From the human T2T-CHM13v2.0 reference genome, Homo sapiens, in the NCBI RefSeq assembly GCF_009914755.1, contig NC_060926.1: a DNA stretch of 64,000 nt. One strand, written 5' to 3'. A program made the translations under genes and the position numbers. The notes under the pieces were generated by a model. That model was not told where the DNA came from. It saw nothing but the letters and a program-made list of their open reading frames with translations, and did no database searches. Below, one piece after another: positions 11,311 to 23,658 of this stretch (position 1 is the stretch's first letter; each line of letters starts with the position of its first letter).

Positions 11311-13633
11311 TGCTTCCGGGCTATGCACTCCTTGCCCTGGCATCCTCAAGAACCCGCGCTACAAGCCTGTGCCCTCTCCCCAGGGGTGGGCTCAGGAATC
11401 GGCTGGTGGGAGTCTTTCTAGCAGATCCCTTCCTTTCACCCGTGGTGAAGCAGGCAGCTCTGCCGAGGGGACTGCCTAGGTTGGGGATTCCCTCTGGAGC
11501 ATCTTCAGAGCCTAGTTCTGGGGTGGGTCCGGGACTTTTTAGTTTGGGGCTGGTGCGGGCTGCCCTCACCAGACAGTGCCCCTGCGCAGGTAGCGGAAGA
11601 ATACTTAACCCAAGAATTACCCGTGGTGGGGCGGGACAATCGCTTGGGCTTCTAGGCTTCTTATTTTCTTAGCGAGAAGGAGCTCTAGGAAGGAGGTGGT
11701 GAGTTCTCTCCCACCCCCACACAGGGCGTGGGGAAGGGTTAGGGTAGATGTGGCTGGTTTGAAGGGTGTTTTTTTTTTCTTTTTATTTGCATACTCTGCA
11801 GCTGACTTGCTGTGTGACTCCAGGAATGTTGCTCAACTTCTCTGGGCTTTATCCAGCAACAAAACATTTCAGAAACCATGATCTTCTTTTTGGATCACTC
11901 TCCTCTTCCTGCTGGGGGTTGGGGTGGGGTGGGGCAGTAGTGCCTGTGTCCATCCATGGAAAGGAAATTGAATCCTTGGAGGAAAGAGGCCCTATGACTT
12001 TTGAGCCAAAGTGTCTTGCTTGGGCTTGGGGAAAGTGGTCAGTGAGGTGGGGTGGGGGTGGGGGACGGGTGGCTGTCACAGACCAGGCTGGGCCTCTGCC
12101 CTCATCCACACCAGCTGGAACCCTGGGCGGTGGGTCCAGTGGAGCAGTCAGTCCCACCCTGAGCCAGCAGCTCTGTGTCTGCATCGCTGGGTAGAGGTGG
12201 CGGTGCGTGGGGGATCCTGCAACCCACTCCCCAGGACAGAAGGATAACAGAAGGGCAGAGAGATGCCTGTCCACCTGCCCACCTTGCCACTAGGGAAGCC
12301 CCTCCTAGACTGGGGAGGCACGTGCCCAGAGCCTCATAGCTGTTGAGTAGCAGGTCAGGGCTGGCACCTAGGGGCTTTGACTGCAGGTTCTGGGCCCTTG
12401 TGCTCCTCTATTGCCTCTGTATGCTGAGAGAATACTCATCTGAGTGCTTTGTTACATCTCATGTGCCCACTGACTTTTACTTCATTCAACAATCAATTCC
12501 ATCTCATTTGATCTAAACATAATCCCTGTCGAAATTGGATTAACTCATTTTATAGTATGGGACACTGAGGCCCAGAGATGGAAGGAGACTTGTCCAAGGT
12601 CACCTAGTGGGTTAGGGAAGATAACAGCAGTTTCTGGAATGCCCTCCTGGCCAAATGCTTCCCACAGTGCCATCTGTATCAGCGTCATGTGCCACCCCCC
12701 CAGCCCCCAGCCTGTGATGTTTGTTAACAATCAAGGCAGGGTGCACACTTGGCAGACCCTTTGAGATGAGATTGTTCATCCTGGTCTCCTTTTACTTCCC
12801 CCCTTACCGTGGGAAGTTCTCTATAAAAAGGGCAAGTTCAGTGTATCTAAGTAGAAGGCACACCCATGCCCTCTCAGGGAGAGCGTGTGTATGCAATGCA
12901 AACACACAGGCAGGTACACACACACATGCTCCTTACACGTGCTCAAGAGCACACACAAATGCATGGTCACAGAAGCACCTGTTCCTGTTTGTTTCCTCCT
13001 TGCCCTAGCCATTCTGCCCCTTCCCCAGAAAGGCTGCCAGGCCATAGTGGGCACCTGCCTGTTAGCTGGGAAGGAAAGAAATACAGCCAGGACGTTTCTG
13101 GTCATAGAACCAGGGGCCAAGGCCACACCCACCATGTCCTCCTCACCACCATGGCACCCATTCGATAGAGGAAGTCCTGTGTTCTGGAGGAGCCCCTTCC
13201 TCCTCTGGGCCTCAGTCTTCTCTGTAAAATGTACTCCGCACCCCCTCCCCGAATCCAGACGAGCTGCAGCTCTGGAGCTAGGCTCGGGCCTGACTGAAAT
13301 GGGACCTTGGAAATGGACAAAAGGCAGATCAGCTCCGCCTGAAATGGGGCCTTGGCCAGTGTGGCACTGAGATGGGTTCTGGGATTGTGGCTCTGGCCTG
13401 GGGCTTCATTCTCCTGAGCAGCTTCCTGGTACCATGAAAGAAGCACTGATCTGGGAAACTGGAGGCCAGGCATTGAGTTGTTCCTCCCCTGCATGCCTTC
13501 TGTGTGGCTGTGGACAAGTCACTGACCCTTTCTGGGCCTCAGTTGCTGAAGTTGTAAAATGGTAATATTGCTGACCTCATCCAGTGTTGAGAAGAGAAAG
13601 TGAGGAAAGGTAGGAGGCCTATAAGAGCAGTGA

Positions 13634-13952
<319 letters not shown>

Positions 13953-16900
13953 GAGCACTGAACATTTCTTAAGCATCTCCAAGGTCCTCAGGGCTGGGCA
14001 AGGCTCTCGACAGATGAAGCAATAAGAATTCTTTAATTGTTTTAATAACTGTCACAGAAATTAGCATTCATCACATGCTTACTTTGTGCCAGGCATGGTG
14101 CTAAGCTTGTTATGTGTATTAGTTCATTTAATGAAATAGATATTATTGCACCCCCTGCCCTGTTTCACAGATGGTGACACTGAGTTTCAGAGAGCTTATG
14201 TAAGTTGTCCCGGTCTTTTGCCACTGCACGTGGCCTTGTGGGTTTTGTGCTACATGCTACCTTGGCACGCAGTTTGCCAGCCTCCAGGGTGGCGGTGCCT
14301 CGTGGTCATGTACAGTGGCAGCCTGCGTAGCTGTGTGCCGCTGTTGCTGCGGAGCTTGGGTTGGGCTCCCAGGGCCCAGACTCCTAACAGCTCTGCTCCT
14401 CAGCCTGTCTAATGTCCTGGAGCCATCTACCCTCAGCATGAGGAAGCCAGACAGGCTCCCATTGTGTCATAATCCACTGTCCTCTCAACCAGGAAGGGAG
14501 CAGGGAGGGTGGCTGCAGGGCCGCAGGTGGGGAGGTGCAGGTGGGAGAGAGGCCCTCTGGTCTGGTCTGGTCTGGGCTGGGTGGTGCAGGGCAGATGGTC
14601 AGGCCCCAGCACATGCCACCAGCGCAGCTGCACCAGAGCCCTCCCTGCCGCCTCATGTGAAGGCCATGTGTGCACAGCTGGCCTGGCCCCGGGAGTGGGG
14701 CTGCTCCCTGCCAGGTGGGAGGGGTCAAAGGGAAAGGCTGGCCTTGAGGGGTGGTGAGGGAAGGGGCCAGAGTGGCAGGACCTTCTGTCTCACAAGCTGT
14801 GCCCACCCTTGGGGCATGTGGTGTGCGTGTGGATTTCCTCTCTCCCTTCAGGGCCCCTCAGGGTTGATGGAGGATGGCAGCAATGGAAGACAGTGCGGGG
14901 CCCCGGCTTCTGCCGTGGTCCTCTCTACGGAGGACATGCCAAGCACCTGGGGCCCGGGCTACCTCCCCTGCTGCCCCTGGAGCTTCCCAGGGGGTCTTCA
15001 CCGAGTGAACTCAGGGTGGCCCTGGAGAGGGCGTGGGAATGGTGCCCTCAGCACCTCCCTCACTCTGAAACCCCACAGGGTGCAAGGAGGGCATAGGGAG
15101 TGCAAAGCAGCCTGTACACCATCCTCTCGGGCAACGAGGGACAGGCCTGCTTGCACTGGGGGCTCCATGCAGGTAGGTAAGGGTGACAGAGGCCTTCCTC
15201 CTGTTCCATCATGTCCAAAGTCACCAGGGTGGCTGCCGTGGAGCCTCACTGCACTGAGTGAGGCCTTACCTGAGCCTGCTGTGGGATGTCCGTAGTGCTG
15301 TCTTCCCATTTTACAGATGAGGACACTTACAGAGAGGTGACGCAGATTGCTCAAGCCCACAGAGTGACCAGGATCTGTACTGTGGCCTGTATGACCCTGG
15401 GGCTATAGCTCTTAACCACCAAGACCCAGGTTCTCAGGGTCCAGCCTGGTGGCAGTGCAGGAGGCTGGGATTTTAAAGAACCTATTTAGATAGACTTTGG
15501 GAAGGACATTGAACAGCTCTGGGTAGAGTGGATTCACGTCGGGAGTCCAGCACTCACTGACACGAGACGATCAGATGATAATTTCAGTGGAATCCGGTGC
15601 TCATCTGTGTGTAGTGGATGTGGTGCTGTTGGAGCTCTATGGGCCCAGGAGTCTTGGTGGGCTTCCAGGAGGGCGTCTTGGGCTGGGTCTGCAGGGTGGG
15701 CAGGAGTTGGCACAGAAGCAGGAGCATGGAGGGCTTTGAGGCCTTTGTTGCATTCTCTGGTGGGTTCTCGGAGTTGTTTCTTTAGGAAGTTTTCCCACAT
15801 TTGCTCCTGCGATCTCATTCTGAGGTAGCAGGTGTTCTAATGCCCATTTTACTGGTGAGGAAACTGAGGTCCTGTAAGCTTGTGGACCTGCCTAAGGTCA
15901 CATGGCTGGCCAGGAGTGGAGCCAGGCCCTCGGGCTCCCAGGCCAGTGCTCTTCATGTTTTTTCATGCTTGCTGGAACTGGGTCCAGCTTAGGGTGGGTG
16001 GGGTGGAATGTTTTGGGGGCATATGGGACCTTGCGAAAATGCCAAAGTCTGTTCCTCCAAAGTTTAAAAATCCTTGTGGGATGAGCACAAGGCAGATCCT
16101 TTTACTTTTCTGGAAGTTGGGCAGTCTGTCGGGAGTGGGAGCCAGGTAATTCTGCCTCCTCCTTTGGCCCGTGTCCTCTGACCAGGGTGAGCCGACAATG
16201 GCTGTGGGGGACTCTGTAGGCGGTGCGGGTGGGTGGGCTCTGGGCCTTGCTGTGGATACTCTAAGAGGGATCTCATGGCATCATCAGCCCAGAACTCTCC
16301 ATCCCGAGCTCAGGAGGATGGGCTGCCTACCTCCTCACCTTAAACTATAGACACTTATTCAGATCCCCAAGCAGTTCATGCTGGAAAGAGCCCAGCTAAG
16401 CCACGAGTTCAAAACGCAGCTCTTCACTCACCAGTTGGGAGATCCAGGAAATTCCTACATGCCTGAGAATCACATGCTTTTCTGTAAAGTGGAAGTGACC
16501 ATTTCTACCTCATTGGGCCACTTAAAAGATGAATACAGACATTGTATTTGAAACATCCACCCTCTGCCTGGCCTTATAGATCGTAATAACTGCAAGGTGG
16601 CCTGGGCCCAACAGTCACGGAGAATCTGTGCCGCTCAGACTCCGGTGGAAGCTGCTTGATGTAGTCCTTGAAGCTCTGTGAGCTGCCCAGGCATTGCTAC
16701 TCCGACTTTCCAGATGAGGAAACGGAGGCTCTGAGGAGTGAAGGCACTTCCCAAAGTCACACCGCTTGTAAGTGCCTGGAATTCAGACGAGCTCTTTCCA
16801 CCATACTTCGACGTCCTAGAACCAGAACGGGTGCTAAATTCTCACTTTGCAGTGGCAGCCCAGGCTGGGGTGCCTCTGAGCTGGGCTGTTGGGGGCTGAG

Positions 16901-18604
16901 GGGCTGCATCCGGGGGCATGGGCACCAGGAGGATCTGGAATTGGCCAGGTGGTAAGGAGCTGCCTCTAGGGGTCGGGGAGAAGGAGAGGGGAGCAACCTG
17001 AAAGATGCCTTTGGTGTCCCTTATGTGGCTACCTCCGGTGTGGTGGTGGGAGCTGGGAGAGCCTAGTGGCTATGTGCCTGGTGTCAGTCAGATGAGTTTC
17101 AGGCTCCAGCCGGGTCTTAGCTGAGTGATCTGGGGCCCAATATGTCACCTCTCTGTTTTTGTGTGTACAGATGGTGGGGAAGGTTTTAAATGGGCTAATA
17201 CTACCTGTAAATAGCTACCACAGTGTCAGATATACAGGAGCTCAATGGATGGGTTTCTTCTTGTTAGATCTGGAGCTTGATAGAAACAATAGGGCAAGGT
17301 GACATATCTAGGACAGAACTGGCCCAGAACCTGGCATGGGGGCCTCTAGATTGGCCTTGGCCTCAGCTGTCACTTTGTGGTCCTACAGTGACCCTGGATC
17401 ACAGCGTACAGATCCCTTCCAAAATCCCTGCTCCCTCCTGGAAGCCCAGCTGTTACGGGCCATGGGCTCAAAGAGCTGGGTCTTTAAGGGAAACTCCTGG
17501 TGTGGCCTCTGTGTGAAAACAGTGCTGAGGGCTGTGTCACAGAGCTGCACCCAGTCCCCAGAGTCTCCCTCAGGCTGCCACACCCTCCCTGGGGTGAAGA
17601 GGAGGCAGAAGTGCTAGCTGGCCCCTGAGACCCCCTTCCCTGCCCCAGGACTACCAGACCTTGTTTATTTGTTCAGGTTGATAAAGCAGGATTCCCTGGA
17701 CTCTGGCTGGGAACGAGCAAAGTGCATTGTTCTGCCAGCATTTCTGGGATGGGTTTGGAGCTGCAGCCAGGGCTGGGAGTGGGAGATGGGGTGAGGGATG
17801 GAAATGCATGGGAGCTGGCTTTCTCTGTTGCCTTCTTCTCCCTCTCTGGGTTTCCTAGTCTCAGCACCCCCAGAGGGTGGAGGGTAGGGCAGGCACGTGT
17901 CCTGGCTCCAGACCTCTCTGGCTTCTCACCTCCTCTGGAGCCCCTCTTTGAGGACCTTCTGCAAGACCAACCATAATGCTTTCACAGACCTCTATCAGGC
18001 CTTACTCAATGCAATGCACACATCATCTCATTTAATCCTTACCTCCTTGTGAGATCAGTCCTGTTCCCAATATGACAAGGAAACCGAGGCTCAGAAAGAT
18101 TCTGTCTCTTGCCCAGAGCATTACAGCTAGACAAAGCTAGAGCCAGGAGTTGAATCCACGTGACAAAAAGATACGCTTAGCTTTATGCCAGATAGCTTCA
18201 TCTTCATCATCAGAGAGAGGAAAGGTGTTTGAGCCCAGTTCAAAATATTCTAGAGTGAAGATCCAGAGGGAGAGATCATTCATTTGTTCACTCATTGCCT
18301 TAATCAACAAACCCTTTTGAGGGCCTGTTATGGGCAGGACCTGTGCTAGGCACTGCAGACATAGGCCTTCCCCCCACAGTTCATAGGGAGACTGAGCACT
18401 AAAGAGCCACAGTATGGGCAGTTAAGGACAGACGGGGTGCTATTAGGGCCCTATTAAGGGCAAGCTGTCCCTCCTGGTGTAGGGTAGGGGAGGTCAGGGA
18501 AAGTTCTTGGACACAGTGAGGTTTAAAGTGAGATCAAAGTGGGCGATGTGTTTAGGGTCCCCAGTCTGGGGTGACTGTTCATGCTTTTTCTCCATGCTCT
18601 GGAA

Positions 18605-18782
18605 TAGGGATTTCCATCCTTGGCACTATCGACATTTGGGGGCAGGTAGTTCTCTGTTGTGGGGGCACTGTAGGATCCTGTGCTCTGTAGGATGTTTAGC
18701 TACGTGCCCACCTCCGTCCCTGCAATGCCCCCACTCCCCTGTCCCTAGGGGACAAAATCATCCCTGGTTGAGAATCACTGGC
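18605..18782. mobile_element. MER20-like hAT DNA transposon within L2 sequence
   Basis: CCTTGGCACTATCGACATTTGGGG...TGTAGGATGTTTAGC...CCCTGGTTGAGAATCACTG. Confidence 0.7.
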
Positions 18783-19684
18783 CTGAAAGAATGCCTGGCA
18801 TATGGTGGGCGCTCACTAAATACTTGTGTGGATGCATCGTGCCGTCCCACCCCCTGTGGGATACGAGTTCATCAATGATATGGATGCCACGTGTAGATCC
18901 TCAAGAGCCATAGCGAGGAGTAAACCAGGAGCCATCGTTGCTGGATTGTTAGCCCTTTAGGTGAACAGTACATCATAGGAACAGTGGGGTCTATTAGCAC
19001 CTATCAGGTTGATTTTGTGGAGCTATTTCCAGGTTCCAAGACAGAACTCTGTTCAAGTGTACCACAGTCTTTGGAACTTTTTGCTCATGCAGCACAAATA
19101 TTGGTGGAGAGACATATTAAAAATTAAAGGCTCCATCTTTCACCCCATACAAATCCCTGTGCAATTAGTGAGGAGCTAGTTGGTGATGAATCATTGACAA
19201 ACGTGTCAAGTTTGTTCAGTGCCGTGTGTATTACGCCACTGTTGTCTGCCCAGCAGCACCCCAAGTCCTGAGGGCACAGAGTAAAAGATTTTTAAAAAAT
19301 GAAAACCAGCCATGTTTGTGTCTTTCCAGCTGAGCACTGACACTTTCCTTCCTGTATGTCCCCAGAGTCCCAGGTGTGACATTATAACCTCACTCGAGTG
19401 TAAGTTCTCTGAAGTAGGAATCAAGTCATTCATTGTTGCACTCCCCAAGTGCCCAGCAAAACAAGTGTTGCTGAATGAATGAATGGAACATCAGAGCTGA
19501 AAAAACAAAATGCCTCTCAGGAATCTCAGAGAGATTCCTCCTCAAGAGGGTGGAGGACAGAGCTCTGTAGTGGTCGTGGAAATTCACTGAGCTTAGATTC
19601 AGACTGACTGGATGGTGGGCATAAGCCAAACCTGTTTCCTCCCCTGCAAAATGGGAATGTGGGTATATCTCAGAGCAGATGAGC

Positions 19685-19688
<4 letters not shown>

Positions 19689-19736
<48 letters not shown>
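19689..19736. repeat. (GT)24 microsatellite
   Basis: Perfect dinucleotide repeat 133 nt upstream of the exon 2 acceptor. Confidence 0.98.
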
Positions 19737-19739
<3 letters not shown>

Positions 19740-19869
19740 CAGCAGGTGCGTAGAGCAGATCATAAGATTAGGGTGGAGGGCTCAGATATACCATAGACAG
19801 GCCGTCTCCCATGCCTGCCAGGCTGGGCACTGCGCCCCTGCAGCCCCTCCTGACGCCTTCTCCCCTCAG

Positions 19870-20061
19870 GTGCCGTGCTACTCATATGGGCAGAAGCTGT
19901 CCAAACTGGCCATCCTGAGGATCGCCTGTAACTACATCCTGTCCCTGGCGCGGCTGGCTGACCTTGACTACAGTGCCGACCACAGCAACCTCAGCTTCTC
20001 CGAGTGTGTGCAGCGCTGCACCCGCACCCTGCAGGCCGAGGGACGTGCCAAGAAGCGCAAG
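19870..20061 (+). CDS. ATOH8: ATOH8 coding exon 2 (aa 257-320): bHLH loop, helix 2 and C-terminal KKRK
   Basis: Acceptor CTGACGCCTTCTCCCCTCAG|GTG with CTGAC branch point. Encodes VPCYSYGQKLSKLAILRIACNYILSLARL...AKKRK, completing the bHLH in frame. Donor AAG|GTATGC; 192 nt = 64 codons. Confidence 0.97.
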
Positions 20062-20524
20062 GTATGCACCAGCTGGGTGGGCGGTAGCTTCTGGGGAGCA
20101 TAGGGGAGGCAGGGACAGGAACTTGGGGGTGCCCTGCCTATGCCCAGAATTCTGAAGGGGCCAGAGAGATCAGCTCTTGGAGGTTTGCTGGGAGTTGCCT
20201 CAGCTTCAGTGCTCCTCAAATCCCTGGGATTATAGGTGTGTCTCTACTTCTGGTAACCGGCTGCTGGGTGACCTCGAACAGTCACCCAGGGTCTCTGGGC
20301 CCCGGTTTGCTCCTCACTTAAATGAAGAGGACCATTTATCTCTAAATCCCCTTCCTGGCCTTAGGTGCTCTGGTGCTGAATTCCTTGGGTGGCCTCTGAT
20401 AGATGTCATACCAGGACAAGATTCCCCTGAGCAGGGTGACAGCCCAGGAGAGCCCTTTGGCAGGTTTTGGGAGGGTGACTTGGCCTGTGGGTTATCTGAG
20501 GCTATGCATTAAGGGCGGTGATGG

Positions 20525-20950
20525 TCATTCATTCATTCATTCTGGAGAGACTGATGAAGCTCCAACCATGTGCTGAGCATACTGGGCAGGGGTATAAAGA
20601 TGACAAACATATGGTCCTGGTCCCCAGGCAGCTCATAGGAGGGTCAGGGAGACCCTCTTGTAAGTAGATGAGGGCAGGAGCCCTGTGCTAGGGGCAGTGG
20701 AAGGCCAGGTAGAAGAGAGACAGATTCACTCCCTGCCCACGGGAGTTTGAAAGGGCATCTTAGTGTAAGTGGTGTTTAAGCTGGGACCAGCAGGACCACC
20801 AGGTCACCAGGCAGATGAAGGAGGGAACAGCATCTGAGGCAGAGGGAACAGCTTGTACGAAGCCTGATGTGGCTGGGGAAATGCATTTAGGGGGAAAGGT
20901 GTTGGGCACAGCTATAGGTCCCCAGGTGGCCAAAGCTCTGGGCATTCCCA
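20525..20950 (-). mobile_element. L2 3' fragment
   Basis: (CATT)n start and CAGAGGGAACAGC...AAGCC motif. Confidence 0.6.
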
Positions 20951-21339
20951 GTCAGGGGTCAGTGCTGAGCAAGGCTTAGTGCAGCCCTCCGGATCTCTGT
21001 TACCACGTGGCTTCAGGGAGAGCAACAGAGAGTGGGATCCAGTCTACATCTGTGAGGCAAGAGGCCTGTCCCTGCCTAGGGCAGGGGGCGGACCCTGTCA
21101 TCCTCCATCCATTCTTTCCGCTGCCTCCTTCCTTCCTGGCCTGCCCCTCCCCCATCCCTGACATTCCTTTCCAGACCCCTTTCCAGCAGGCCCCTCTGTG
21201 GGTTCTCCGGGTTTCCCGGAGGTCCCCCACGGACTCCAGACTCATGCCAGGGAGGGTCACGACACCTCCTCAGGGCTCCCCGCTGCCGCTGCCACGGTAA
21301 CTGCACGTTGCATTCCTGGGAGTGCTTTAACGTGGACCA

Positions 21340-21560
21340 ATTAGACAAAATCCTCATCAAGTGGGTGAGAGAGGAAGCGCCACTGGCGGCTCTGGGCAGC
21401 TTTTCTCTGGAAAGTGACACTGGTAAATTAGGGCGTGATTGATGGCTCCCGCGGCGCTCGGTGACAAAGGAGGTTTGTAAACTCTCGGTGAACTTCCCCT
21501 GGCATTCAGGCGGTCCGGAGGTGTAGATGGGCAGAGTGGGCAGGCGCCCCGTCTCCATCT
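21340..21560. promoter_or_regulatory. Candidate intronic enhancer (PBX-HOX / MEIS / SMAD motifs)
   Basis: Locally CpG-rich unique sequence with TGATTGATGG 21436-21445, TGACAAAG 21462-21469, TAAATTA and GGCGCC 21543-21548. Confidence 0.45.
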
Positions 21561-23436
21561 CAGCCCCTCACTGCCCTACCCCCGCACCCTCCTCTTCACC
21601 CAGGGAAGGCAGAAGCCAGCGTGGAGGTCCCGCCTTCCCGGATTCTTTGAATGGAGCAGGGTCTTGGGCTGGGAGGAGGCTGGACGCCTGGCTGGTGAGG
21701 AAGGAGGGACAAGTTGGGTGGAGAGGCCCGACAGAGCCGAGCTTTTGGCTTCCCCTGAAATCACCTCAAATCTAACACATCTTAGACACCCTCTGGGCCT
21801 GGTCCAACCTTCCCATTGTGGAGTCTGGGACTCTACCTGAGGCTACAGATTGTGGTTAAGAGCATAGCACAGCCCCGAGTTCAAGCCCTGGCTCACCACT
21901 CACCAGCTGTGTTATCCTGCACCCATTGCTTAGCCTCCTCCGCCTCAGTTTTCTTGTTGATAAGTGGGGACGGTGGAAATACTCACTCATGGGCCACCGT
22001 GAAGATGAAAGGAGTTACTGCAGGAGAGCGTGTGGTGTCTGCATGGTCACCGTCCTCAGGGTAATGATAATGAGCCCCTAAAATGCTTGAGCTCTGAACT
22101 TGAGGCTTATCCTATGGGGCTTACTTATGTGGTGAAATTGCCCTGGAGAGGGATTTTGGGGGTCGAGATGGAAGTTCCAGGGTAGGAACTCGACTGTTTC
22201 CTCTCCACCCTCCCTCCCCCACACCCAGCCCGGGCCTGAGGGCACTTCCTGCCTCCTGCCCTCAGTCTTTCCCAGCTGGGTGAGGAGGTCACCCAGCTGG
22301 GACTCTGGGAGGTGGGGTCTGTATGTCTTTGCCCTAATGACCTTCATGGTCTCGCAGACTCACATCATATGTGTGGTGACACATTTCTCATATGAAACCA
22401 CTCAGGAAGCCCTGGCTGGCCCTGCGTCTCCCCATGGGGGCCGGTGTTCATAATTCCAGCCCTTCCCATACCAGCCCCTTCCATAGTTTTATCTGGACGA
22501 CCAGGATTTGACACGGCAGCCTTTGCAAGTGTGGGCATCTCAAGCAGCCAGATTCCTTTCCAGCTCAGGACCCCTGGAGTCGCTGGAGCCTTCGAGCTCC
22601 CAGGCAGCCCTTCCAGGCAGGCCCCTGTGTCCCGCTTCTGGGCACCTATGCTTTTGCGGTCATAATTGCTAGCTGTCACCCTCCATCTGTCTGTCTACCT
22701 GTCTTTCTCTCTGAGTCTGGCTCACACTGTTCCCCTCTTTATCCGCTCTCTTGGTGGGGATGTGTGGCCCCACACTGAAGCCCAGCATAGCTGGCCTTAG
22801 CTGGTCCCCTCGGCAGATGTCCTGCCCCAGAGTGGACTCATGGGCCCTGACACCGAGGGGGCCTGAAGCCCCAGGGGAGGGTACTTCCCTGCCTCCTGGG
22901 GCCCCTTGTCCTTCCCTTTTTTTGGGGGGCTTGAGATGGCATTGAATGAGGAGCCCATCTTTAGATGTGTCCTGGCTTTCGAGTTGCAATTGGAACCTCA
23001 CCGGTTTTATTTTCTTCGTTTTGTGGCCTCCCAGCCTGGGACTCCTGAGGCCCCACCTCCATTTACAGAGATTCTGTTTGGGGAATCAACCCCCAGGACA
23101 ATTGAACCAACAAATATTCTTTCCTCATGTCTAGGATTATTTCTGTGAAAAGACTTGCAAAGGTCTACCAGTAGATTGCACGTGGTTATGAGTTTTTGGG
23201 AAGAGGTGACTGAGAGCACGCACTGCTCACAGCGCTCAGTCCTGCCACACCACAGCCTGGGAGCCAGGCAGGGGCCAGGGGAAGCCCAGGAACTTATAAC
23301 AGGTGCTGGGAGGAAGAGCCCCTCTTCCCCACCGTTCACCCTCTTCAGCAGTTGTCTACCCCCCCTCAACAGGACATGTGACTACTGTAGGGGTCCCCAA
23401 GCAAGAGATGGGAATCTCAAAGTGCTTCTTGGTATT

Positions 23437-23658
23437 CCCTCTTCCCCTCCCCTCCCCTCTCCTTCCCTCCCCTGCCCTCCCCTCACTTCCTCCCTCCCTC
23501 CCCACTCCCCTCCCCTCTCCTTCCCTCCCCTGCCCTCCCCTCACTTCCTCCCTCCCTCCCTCCCCCCTCCCCTCCCCTCCCCTCCCCCCTCCCCTCCCCT
23601 CCCCTCCCCTCCCCTCCCCTTCCCTCCCCTCCCCTCCCCTCCCCTTCCCTTCCCTTCC
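23437..23658. repeat. Polypyrimidine (CCCCT/CCCT)n low-complexity tract
   Basis: ~220 nt almost purely C/T on the + strand. Confidence 0.95.

Noticed and set aside
14315-15295. 326-aa ORF in intron 1
   Set aside because: Non-ATG start, Trp/Cys/Gly-rich composition typical of chance ORFs in GC-rich DNA, no recognisable domain.
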